NCBI GenBank assembly: GCA_903932505.1
Contig: CAIZGN010000689.1
Span: forward strand, 1 to 49,548
Origin: Candidatus Hydrogenedentota bacterium
GTDB lineage: Bacteria; Hydrogenedentota; Hydrogenedentia; Hydrogenedentales; CAIZGN01
DNA length: 49,548 nt
Reading direction: 5' to 3'
In this document: in pieces, positions 8,179-16,336 of the stretch
Layout: each line of letters begins with the position of its first letter
Position numbering within the stretch: position 1 is the first letter of the stretch
Made by a program: the position numbers and the translations under genes
Notes under the pieces: model-generated
Seen by the model: only the letters and a program-made list of their open reading frames with translations
Database searches by the model: none
What the model was told of the DNA's origin: nothing

Positions 8179-11100
8179 ATGGCTTTTATTGATGCGGAAC
8201 GCGCGATTGAATGGCGGCAGATCCAGAAGCGGCTGGAGGTCATTGCGGCGGCAGTGTTCACTGGAACCACCCCCGTGGAGGCCTTGGAATATTGTGAATT
8301 GCCCAAGGGCCTCGGCCCGACGACCCTGCCCAAGTCGGGCTGGAAACCCTTTCGCGTCATGCAGCGCTGGGGCGCACACGATATCACCACGTGGGTGCGC
8401 ATGCGCGCCCGTCTGCCCAAGGACTTCAAGGGCGAATGCGCGGTGGCGCGCATTCGCATCGGCGATGCCACCTATGTGGAGGGCGAAGGTTGGATCGAGG
8501 AATCGGGGGAGGCGTTGGCCTATGTCAACGGGCAGCCACGCCAAGGCATCGATCGCAACCATGAGGTCATCGTGCTGTCCGACAGGGCCAAGGGTGGCGA
8601 GACCTTCGACATCGCCCTCGAATGCGTGGCGAGTACCCGTTTCGAAGCCTCGCACCAGTTCAGCCGCGCGGAAGTCGCGGTCATGCGTGCCCCCGTCTGG
8701 GATTTTTATTGGGATGCCAAGGCGGTTTTTGATGTGGCTGCCGAGTGGGATCGCAACTCACCGGAAAACCGCCGTCTGCTGGCCGTGACGTTCCCCGCCG
8801 TTTTTGAGGTGGATGTTACCAACACCGAAAGCGACGCTTTTCTGCGCTCGCTCGCTCGTGCCCGAAAGATGCTGGCCGATGGACTCAAAGATTTTCCCGC
8901 CAGCAAGGCGGACGGAAGCCTCACCGTGGTCGGGCATTCGCATATCGACACCGCATGGCTCTGGCCGTTGCGCGAGACCCGGCGCAAGGTGGGGCGCACG
9001 TGGGCAACGGTGCTGCGCCTCATGGAACGGTATCCCGAGTTCCACTTTTCAGCGAGCCAACCGCAGCTTTACGACTATTGCAAGACGCACCACCCGGAGA
9101 CTTGGAAAGGCATTCGCCAGCGGGTGAAAGAGGGCCGCTGGGAACTTTGCGGGGCCACTTGGGTAGAGCAAGACAGTCAGATGCCCTGCGGCGAGGCGCT
9201 CGTGCGGCAATTCCTCTATGGCAACCGCTTCTATGAAAAGGAATTCGGCATGCGCTCGCGTGCGGCATGGCTGCCTGATGCTTTCGGGTTTCCATGGTCG
9301 CTGCCGCAGATTATGAAGAAATGCCAGGTCGACACCTTCTACACCAACAAGATTAACTGGTGTCTGTACTCGAAGTTCCCCTACAACTACTTCATGTGGC
9401 AAGGGCCGGATGGTTCCCGCATCCGCGCAGTTATCGGCTCGACCAAGAATTACAACGGATTCCTCAATCCCAACGAAGTGCGCCGTCAGTGGCGCGAGTT
9501 CAAGCAAAACGACCTCTGCGACGACATGGTCTATTCCTTTGGCTGGGGCGATGGCGGTGGTGGGCCCACCATGGAAGCCATCGAGCATGGACGACGCTTC
9601 AAGAACCTCGCCGGGATGCCCCGCTGCACCTTTGGTCGCACCGAGGACACCTTCGCAAAGATGCACGCCAAGACCGCTGAGACGGCACTGCCCGTTTACA
9701 ACGGCGAGCTGTATCTCGAGCTGCACCGCGCCTGCCAGACCACACAGGCCCGCACCAAACGAAACAACCGCAAGGGCGAGTATCTGCTGAAGAACGCCGA
9801 GTGGCTGTCCTCGCTTGCGCTCGTGCATGGCGGACGCTATGCGCAGAAACCGCTTGAGGCCGCTTGGAAGATTCTGCTCACGCACCAGTTCCATGACATC
9901 CTGCCCGGTTCCTCCATCGGGCAGGTCTACACCGATGCCGATGTGAACTACGCGGAGATGCGTGCCATGGTGCAACCGGTACTGGACAGCGCGGTCGCGC
10001 ATCTGGCACAGCGCGCGGATACCAGCGGCAAAGGGACCCCCGTCATGGTCTTCAATCCACTTTCCTGGGTGCGTTCGGACAACGTCCATGTACCCGCCCC
10101 GGTACCGGGTGGAAAAGTGCATGTGCTCGCGCCCGACGGAACCGTGGTGCCCAGTCAGCGGGCGCACGATGGCGGCCTGCGCTTTGAAGCGGAGGATGTG
10201 CCGCCATTGGGCTATGCCGTATACCGCATTATGTCCGGTGAAGCCCCGATTGAATCAGCTCCGCTGCGCGTCTCGGAAAAGCTCATCGAAAACGCTTGTC
10301 TGCGGGTGCGTCTGGACGCGCATGGCCGTTTCACCAGTGTCTACGACAAGGTGGAAGAGCGGGAAGTCCTCGCGCCCGGGGCGAAGGGCAACGTCCTGCA
10401 ATTCTTCGAGGACCGTCCGCACAACCACGATGCATGGGATTTTGACCACAATTTCGAGGACAAACAATGGGAAGCGGGCAAGGCCGTTTCCATCGAAGTC
10501 ATCGAGAGCGGCCCCGTGCGTGCGGTGCTTCGCTTCACACACAAAATGGGGCGCAGCACCCTCATACAGGACATCAGTCTGGGTGCGCAGTCGCAACGGG
10601 TGGACGTGTCCATGCGGGTCGATTGGCAGGAACGCTACGTCCTCTTCAAAGTGGCATTCCCAGTAGACATCCTGAGTCCGCGCGCCACCTATGAGATCCA
10701 ATACGCGGCCATCGAACGCCCCACCCACCACAACACCGAGGCGGATCGGGGCCGTTTTGAGGTGGCCGCACATACCTGGGCCGACCTCTCGGAGGGGCAG
10801 TACGGGGTAAGCCTGCTCAACGACTGCAAGTACGGCTACGACGTGAAGGACAACGTCTTGCGCCTTTCGCTGCTGCGTTCGCCGATGGAGCCCGATCCGA
10901 AGGCTGATGAGGGCGCACACGAATTCGCCTATGCCCTTTATCCCCATGCGGGGGACTGGCGGGAAGGGACGGTCCAACAAGGCCACGAATTCAACCAGCC
11001 GCTCTTCGCCGTACCCGTAAAGGCTCAGGACGGCCCCATGCCCAAAGCCTATGCCTTCGCCAGTGTCGACGAAGAGCATGTTGTGCTGGATGCCATGAAA

Positions 11101-11310
11101 AAGGCCGAGGATTCCGATGCCATCATCCTGCGCCTCTACGAAGCGCACGGACAACGCGGCCCCGTATCCGTCTACCTCGCCGAACGCCCGAAAAAAGTCA
11201 CCGAGTGCGACATGATGGAGGAAAACGAAACCCCGATCGAATGCACGAACAACCGAATCCAGCTATACCTTACGCCCTACGAGATTCGGACATTGAAATT
11301 GGTGTTTTGA
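8179..11310 (+). CDS. alpha-mannosidase, glycoside hydrolase family 38
   Basis: GHSHIDTAWLWP, WLPDAFGF, GWGDGGGGPT, GELYLELHR, QFHDILPGSSI, LLNDCKYGY, LSLLRSP motifs. Confidence 0.96.
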   Translation: MAFIDAERAIEWRQIQKRLEVIAAAVFTGTTPVEALEYCELPKGLGPTTLPKSGWKPFRVMQRWGAHDITTWVRMRARLPKDFKGECAVARIRIGDATYVEGEGWIEESGEALAYVNGQPRQGIDRNHEVIVLSDRAKGGETFDIALECVASTRFEASHQFSRAEVAVMRAPVWDFYWDAKAVFDVAAEWDRNSPENRRLLAVTFPAVFEVDVTNTESDAFLRSLARARKMLADGLKDFPASKADGSLTVVGHSHIDTAWLWPLRETRRKVGRTWATVLRLMERYPEFHFSASQPQLYDYCKTHHPETWKGIRQRVKEGRWELCGATWVEQDSQMPCGEALVRQFLYGNRFYEKEFGMRSRAAWLPDAFGFPWSLPQIMKKCQVDTFYTNKINWCLYSKFPYNYFMWQGPDGSRIRAVIGSTKNYNGFLNPNEVRRQWREFKQNDLCDDMVYSFGWGDGGGGPTMEAIEHGRRFKNLAGMPRCTFGRTEDTFAKMHAKTAETALPVYNGELYLELHRACQTTQARTKRNNRKGEYLLKNAEWLSSLALVHGGRYAQKPLEAAWKILLTHQFHDILPGSSIGQVYTDADVNYAEMRAMVQPVLDSAVAHLAQRADTSGKGTPVMVFNPLSWVRSDNVHVPAPVPGGKVHVLAPDGTVVPSQRAHDGGLRFEAEDVPPLGYAVYRIMSGEAPIESAPLRVSEKLIENACLRVRLDAHGRFTSVYDKVEEREVLAPGAKGNVLQFFEDRPHNHDAWDFDHNFEDKQWEAGKAVSIEVIESGPVRAVLRFTHKMGRSTLIQDISLGAQSQRVDVSMRVDWQERYVLFKVAFPVDILSPRATYEIQYAAIERPTHHNTEADRGRFEVAAHTWADLSEGQYGVSLLNDCKYGYDVKDNVLRLSLLRSPMEPDPKADEGAHEFAYALYPHAGDWREGTVQQGHEFNQPLFAVPVKAQDGPMPKAYAFASVDEEHVVLDAMKKAEDSDAIILRLYEAHGQRGPVSVYLAERPKKVTECDMMEENETPIECTNNRIQLYLTPYEIRTLKLVF

Positions 11311-11323
11311 CAGCGGTAGGGGA

Positions 11324-11488
11324 TCACGACATCGAGTTCGTCAATAGTCCAGCGCAGCCCGAACGCTGCTTCTGGTAGTTTTCTGCAGCCTCAGCCAGCG
11401 TTGTGCTGGGCTGGGGCTGAGAATCCATGAGCCGTAAGAATAAGTCGCGCTCCCGGTTAGACAGCACCGTCCACTCGTGTTCCGCCAC
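11324..11488 (-). pseudogene. truncated DUF1778 (TacA-like) antitoxin fragment
   Basis: EHEWTVLSNRERDLFLRLMDSQPQPSTTLAEAAENY resembles the C-terminal half of DUF1778; RHH half and cognate GNAT toxin absent. Confidence 0.55.
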
Positions 11489-11501
11489 CGATTCCTCCCC
11501 G

Positions 11502-11750
11502 TCACACGCCACGTGGGGCCTCTTGGTGGACGCGCGATTGGAGGCGCTCGGCAATCCACACCTTGATGATCGATTGCCGCAGAACTCCCAAACGGCTGGC
11601 TTCTTGGTCCAAGGCGCGCACCATCCACACGGGAAAATCGACGTTGATACGTTTGCAGTCGCGGTTGATATGCCGCACCGTGGAAAGATCCAAAGATTCG
11701 GCAATACTCTCACCCGCGTCGAATCTTCTATCCAGATCTTGCGCTTTCAT
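11502..11750 (-). CDS. CopG-family / BrnA-type antitoxin
   Basis: MKAQDLDRRFDAGESI...KRINVDFPVWMVRALDQEASRLGVLRQSIIKVWIAERL ribbon-helix-helix antitoxin pattern; overlaps 3' end of brnT remnant. Confidence 0.85.
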   Translation of the reverse strand: MKAQDLDRRFDAGESIAESLDLSTVRHINRDCKRINVDFPVWMVRALDQEASRLGVLRQSIIKVWIAERLQSRVHQEAPRGV

Positions 11751-11900
11751 ACCATGCGCACTCCTCTTTCCGGGATCTTCGGACTGAAATGATGCGTGCC
11801 CTGCCCTCCCGATAGGTGACTATGGCGGACCACAATTTCTCTCCAATCCGGCCTATGACCAAGCTCCTAGACTCGTCGTCTCGTCAAACTCGAACTCCAT
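11728..11900 (-). pseudogene. brnT: BrnT-family toxin pseudogene (internal deletion and frameshift)
   Basis: MEFEFDE in one frame joined to DDESRSLVIGRIGEKLWSAIVTYREGRARIISVRRSRKEE..YES in another; central KHGIDF-type segment missing. Confidence 0.8.
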
Positions 11901-12006
11901 GGTATAGAAATTATGCCATAAGTCTCCGGTTTTTGAAATGAGACGCATTGACGTATCGGAAACCTGTGCAAGAACACCCAAAGGCAAACCTCGTTCACAC
12001 ACCCGT

Positions 12007-14643
12007 TCATTTCTCGATCCGCGCCACCTCTTTTCTGTTGGCATCCATGCGCACCAGGCAACACTGCGCGGTGGTGGAAACCGCACCTGCCCTGAGGGGC
12101 TGGTCGACGTCTTGCGCTGGGTCGCGGGCGATGAAAAGGTCGGTGCCCCCCGCGTGTTGGAGCTCAAGCGCGATGGGGCTGCCTGCGGCGGATGTGCCAT
12201 CGGTGTGCTTGACCTCGAGGCGGCTCATGCCCTTAAACAGCGGAGTTTCCACATAGGGTTCATAGACGCTGACGAAGGTGGATTCGAGGGGTGCGCCACC
12301 TTCGCTGGTGCGCTGAATCATGAGGCGCGGTTGCCACATCTCTTCACTGGATCCGTAGAGTCCGGCGACGAACCAGCCCTCGGTGCGGCCCGCGCGTGCG
12401 CCTTCCGTCCAGTCGGTATATCGCATGTGCATCTTCGCGCCTTCAGGCAGATAATGGAAGGGATCATCAAAGGTCCACGTGGCACTCCACCCGGAGAGGG
12501 CCTTCGGATCCATCAAAAAATTACGCATCTGCAGGTCTTGTCCGTAGTCGGGCGCGGGGACCGGGTTGAGTCCGCTCAAGGCGAGGCTTCCGTAATGACT
12601 CTGCACGAACTTCGCATGATCCGTGCCACCCGCAACACGGAAGATATCGATGACATAGAAATCCTGCGGCGATAGGTCGATGAGTGCGACCGTGCGCTCG
12701 TAGCGTTGGCCGTTGTTGAGTGCATTGCCGGAGACGCGGATGGCGTGCAGATTGTCTTGATCAACCCAGAGCGTGGTTTGTCCTGCGCCGTCGGGCGTGC
12801 TCTTGCCATCCACCGTCACGGTGTTGTGCGCGGCGGTGGTGGTGTACCAGCGGGCGCGGGGCGATCCCCATCCACCGAACTGCACCGGTGGGTAGCCGTA
12901 TTCCGGCAAGAAGTCGAGACCCTTCGCGAAGAGTCCGATATTCATGGCATCCTGATGGCCGTGGGGGCCACCGGAATCATAGTCGACCCACAGTGCGCGG
13001 CGGTCGGCCCCTTCGCCCGATCGCAGTATCGCGACGTGCCACTGCTCCTTGTTCAGGCTGGGCAGTTTGATCTCCGCGCCTTCTTTGGCCACCACCCCTT
13101 CGATTCCTTTTCGGATGGCCTCGGGATTCTCCGCGAAGAAATCGTGGGGAAGTCCATCGAGCGAACTGTTGTTTTCACGGTAGGCCACTTGGGCATAGGC
13201 GGGGTCACCGGTCGCTTCATAAAGTCGCCACAGCAGGGTGTAGGAGGATGGCGCAAGCAGGGTCCAATTCGGGAAAGTGCCCGGCGAAGCACCGGGCCGG
13301 GTGAACGTCATCCCCCGGTAGTCCGGCACACGAATGGCGTACGTGCAGGTGTCGCCGATGCACGGGTAGTAGACATCAAGGCAGTGCAGGTCGATGAAAA
13401 AGCGGAAGGTCTCCTTGAGGCGAGGGTGCCGCTCGATGGTTTTCTGGAGAAACTCGGGCCCGGTCTTGGTGAATTCGCCAAAGAACATGGCCATCGCCTG
13501 AATGGTGAAGCACGAATAGCCCGCGAGTCCCTTTTCGCCGGTGACCCCGTCCACCGCTGTCGATTTTATAAGCATGGCATCCACAATGTCGTCAAAGGCG
13601 GCTTGGTGTTCCGCGCCACCGAGGACGGCGTGGGTGAGGGCGAGCGCAATTTCCGTGCGCGGATAGTTGGTGGTGATTTTCGGCACATTGTTCAGCGCAT
13701 CCACGAGGATGCGTTCCTCAATGTTGCGCTGGATATCGGCAAAGGTCTCTTTCTTGTTGGCGAGTCCGTGCACCTCGGCTTTCTTCGCGAGAAACGAAAC
13801 CAGCTCGCCATCATTGCGGATGCCCTCGAACAGGATGTCGTACGCCATGACCATCTCGCGGGTTTCTTCGCACGCGTCGTGCCAGGTGGAGACATAGCCG
13901 CGTAGTCCCGGGCCTTCGTACAGCATCGCCTGCTTGCTGAAGTCGAATTCGGGATACAGGTCGGCTACGCGGTCGAGCATAATGGCCGCCTTGCGAGCAT
14001 AGACCGGATCACCGGTGAGCAAATAGGCCGCGCTGAGGGTTCGGATGCCTTCCACCACCCCCTGCTTCCATTGGCCGTAAATGAGATAGGTCCCAATGAA
14101 CCGCCAGCGCTTTTCGCCATCCACATAACCCTCCCCGTCATCCACCCCGAACAAGTGCTTCGGGTCGGCAGCATCTGGGTGATCGGTATTGAAGAGCAGC
14201 GCGCGATCGGCCTTCGCGGCATCGAATACCCCGCGTGCATCCAGCCCGGAACGGTAGAACTTGTCGAAGTCGTTTTTGGGAAACCACTCCTTGCAATGCG
14301 GGCACTGCGTCTTCCAGGGATGCCCCAGCGCGTCCATGACCCAGTTGTACATGGGCACATCTTTCGTGCACGAAGGACACTGGCCGTTGGACCACACCAT
14401 CCATGACCGCGTGATGGTCGGGCCGAACATGAGCGACCACAGGTCGTCATCACTGCGTTCCATCCAGGGCTTGGCCTTGGCGAGCACCTGATCGCGCACA
14501 GCCATGATCCAATCCACCGATTGCGCCTTGGCGCGCAGCGAATCCGCGATGGCTTTGGGATAGAGGACACTGGCCTGCTTTTCCGAAAAAGCGGAGACGG
14601 AAAGGCCGGATAAGAGCAGAGTAATCGCAATGGCAGGGCGCAT
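12007..14643 (-). CDS. secreted heparinase II/III-like polysaccharide lyase family protein
   Basis: Signal peptide; CPSC/CPHC insert; alpha-toroid segment AYLLTGDPVYARKAAIMLDRVADLYP; HGHQDAMNIGL and AHNTVTVDG motifs; AGGAG RBS. Confidence 0.8.
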   Translation of the reverse strand: MRPAIAITLLLSGLSVSAFSEKQASVLYPKAIADSLRAKAQSVDWIMAVRDQVLAKAKPWMERSDDDLWSLMFGPTITRSWMVWSNGQCPSCTKDVPMYNWVMDALGHPWKTQCPHCKEWFPKNDFDKFYRSGLDARGVFDAAKADRALLFNTDHPDAADPKHLFGVDDGEGYVDGEKRWRFIGTYLIYGQWKQGVVEGIRTLSAAYLLTGDPVYARKAAIMLDRVADLYPEFDFSKQAMLYEGPGLRGYVSTWHDACEETREMVMAYDILFEGIRNDGELVSFLAKKAEVHGLANKKETFADIQRNIEERILVDALNNVPKITTNYPRTEIALALTHAVLGGAEHQAAFDDIVDAMLIKSTAVDGVTGEKGLAGYSCFTIQAMAMFFGEFTKTGPEFLQKTIERHPRLKETFRFFIDLHCLDVYYPCIGDTCTYAIRVPDYRGMTFTRPGASPGTFPNWTLLAPSSYTLLWRLYEATGDPAYAQVAYRENNSSLDGLPHDFFAENPEAIRKGIEGVVAKEGAEIKLPSLNKEQWHVAILRSGEGADRRALWVDYDSGGPHGHQDAMNIGLFAKGLDFLPEYGYPPVQFGGWGSPRARWYTTTAAHNTVTVDGKSTPDGAGQTTLWVDQDNLHAIRVSGNALNNGQRYERTVALIDLSPQDFYVIDIFRVAGGTDHAKFVQSHYGSLALSGLNPVPAPDYGQDLQMRNFLMDPKALSGWSATWTFDDPFHYLPEGAKMHMRYTDWTEGARAGRTEGWFVAGLYGSSEEMWQPRLMIQRTSEGGAPLESTFVSVYEPYVETPLFKGMSRLEVKHTDGTSAAGSPIALELQHAGGTDLFIARDPAQDVDQPLRAGAVSTTAQCCLVRMDANRKEVARIEK

Positions 14644-14702
14644 GGTCATCTCCTGTTGAGTTTCCGCATTGTAGCATGACCTTTTCAGGAGCACGCAAGG
14701 CA

Positions 14703-14750
14703 AAGAAAAAAGCGGGAGAACCAATCCATGGTAGTGGACCCGTCCTCCCG
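14703..14750 (-). terminator. intrinsic terminator downstream of hcp
   Basis: Minus strand GCGGGAG...CTCCCGC stem followed by TTTTTTCTT. Confidence 0.6.
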
Positions 14751-14802
14751 CACTTCCGCTTTTCTCTTGCGAGTCGGCGCGGAAGTCCCAGCAGGGAAAT
14801 GG

Positions 14803-16107
14803 TTATGCGCCCATTGCCGCCTTCACGTCGGCCGCGGCATCCTGTCCGATGGGTTGCACGCCCCAGCGCTCGACAAGCACATTGAGGATGTTCGGGGTGA
14901 CGAAGGCCGGAAGCGCCGGTCCAAGCCGCACGTTCTTCACGTCCAGCGCGAGCAGGGTCAGCAGCACCGCCACCGCTTTCTGCTCAAACCAGCTCACCAC
15001 CAGCGTCAGCGGCAGGTCGTTCACGCCGCACTCGAAGGCCTTCGCCAGCGCAAGCGCCACCTGAACCGCGCCGTAGGCGTCGTTGCATTGGCCCATGTCG
15101 AGGAGGCGGGGGAATCCAGCCACCGTGCCGTAATCGTGCTCGCGGATGCGGAACTTGCCGCAACCCAGCGTGAGGATGATCGAGTCTTCCGGCGTGGCTT
15201 GGGCGTAGTCGCTGAAATAGTTCCGGCCCGGCTCTGCGCCGTCGCAACCGCCAATAAGGAAGAAATGCTTGATCTGGCCGGCCTTCACCGCGCCGACGAT
15301 CTTGTCCGCCGCTGCGAGGATTTGCGTCCAGTGGAAACCAACCGTCGACTTCTTCAGCACGGTCGTTGTGAGGTTGCCGATAGCCTTGGCCTGCGCGATG
15401 ATCTCGGAATAGTCGTCATTCACGACTTTCTTGCCGCCGGGAACCGCCACGGTGCGCAGCGTGTAAAGGCGATCCGCATAGGGGGAGTCGGCCGTGGGGA
15501 TCAGCACGCAGTTCGTGGTCGCGAGGATCGGTCCGCCAAACGCCGCCCATTCCTTGCGCTGTTTCTGCCACGCGCCGCCGTAGTTGCCCTTGAGGTGCGG
15601 GTACTTGTGCAATTCGGGATACATGTGCGCCGGCAGCATTTCACCGTGGGTGTACACATTCACGCCCGTGCCTGCGGTCTGTTCCAGTAAATTCTTGAGG
15701 TCTAGCAGGTCGTGACCGGTCACCAGAATACCCGGGCCCGCTTGGATGCCTTCGCTGACTTCCACCGGGACAGGATTGCCAAATGTCTCGACGTGGCCGT
15801 CGTTGAGCAGCTGCATGGTGCGCAGATTCATGCGCCCGCATTCCAGCACCAGTTCCAACAGCGACGGAATATCAAAGTTCACGTTGGTCACGGTGGCAAA
15901 GAGCGCCTCTTCGATGAACGCTTCCACGGCCTCATCCGTCTTGCCCAGACGTCGCGCGTGGTGCTTGTAGGCCGCCATACCCTTGAGTCCGTACAGCAGA
16001 ATCTTCTGCAAAGATTCCATGTCGGGGTCTTTTCCGCATACGCCCTTGGTTACACAACCGGTGCCACGGAAAGTTTGTTCACATTGGTCGCAAAACATTT
16101 CACTCAT
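14803..16107 (-). CDS. hcp: hybrid cluster protein (hydroxylamine reductase), short 434-aa form
   Basis: MFCDQCEQT...GCVTKGVCGK, LFATVTNVNFD, GHDL, YTHGEMLPAH, TTNC, GGCDG, CGKFR, GQCNDAY, SWFEQKAV. Confidence 0.96.
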   Translation of the reverse strand: MSEMFCDQCEQTFRGTGCVTKGVCGKDPDMESLQKILLYGLKGMAAYKHHARRLGKTDEAVEAFIEEALFATVTNVNFDIPSLLELVLECGRMNLRTMQLLNDGHVETFGNPVPVEVSEGIQAGPGILVTGHDLLDLKNLLEQTAGTGVNVYTHGEMLPAHMYPELHKYPHLKGNYGGAWQKQRKEWAAFGGPILATTNCVLIPTADSPYADRLYTLRTVAVPGGKKVVNDDYSEIIAQAKAIGNLTTTVLKKSTVGFHWTQILAAADKIVGAVKAGQIKHFFLIGGCDGAEPGRNYFSDYAQATPEDSIILTLGCGKFRIREHDYGTVAGFPRLLDMGQCNDAYGAVQVALALAKAFECGVNDLPLTLVVSWFEQKAVAVLLTLLALDVKNVRLGPALPAFVTPNILNVLVERWGVQPIGQDAAADVKAAMGA

Positions 16108-16177
16108 GACTCGTTCTCCTGCTGGTTTTCACGTTCACGCCGATGCCGATCGGCGTCTCAATATCTAATATAGATAA

Positions 16178-16206
16178 ATTATATCCCATATATCGCTGAA
16201 TGTCAA
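16178..16206 (-). promoter_or_regulatory. consensus sigma70 promoter of hcp
   Basis: Minus strand TTGACA-17nt-TATAAT, perfect consensus, ~70 bp upstream of hcp start. Confidence 0.85.
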
Positions 16207-16336
16207 GAGGTTCGTGAAAATAGTTTATTCGGAGGCGGATGTCGCTGCGTTGGGGGCAATAGTGTGGTAAAATGACGGATGAGACGGGCACATGGCGGGG
16301 CGGGTTTTCCCGCTCCCGCTAAATGAAAGAGGTTCC

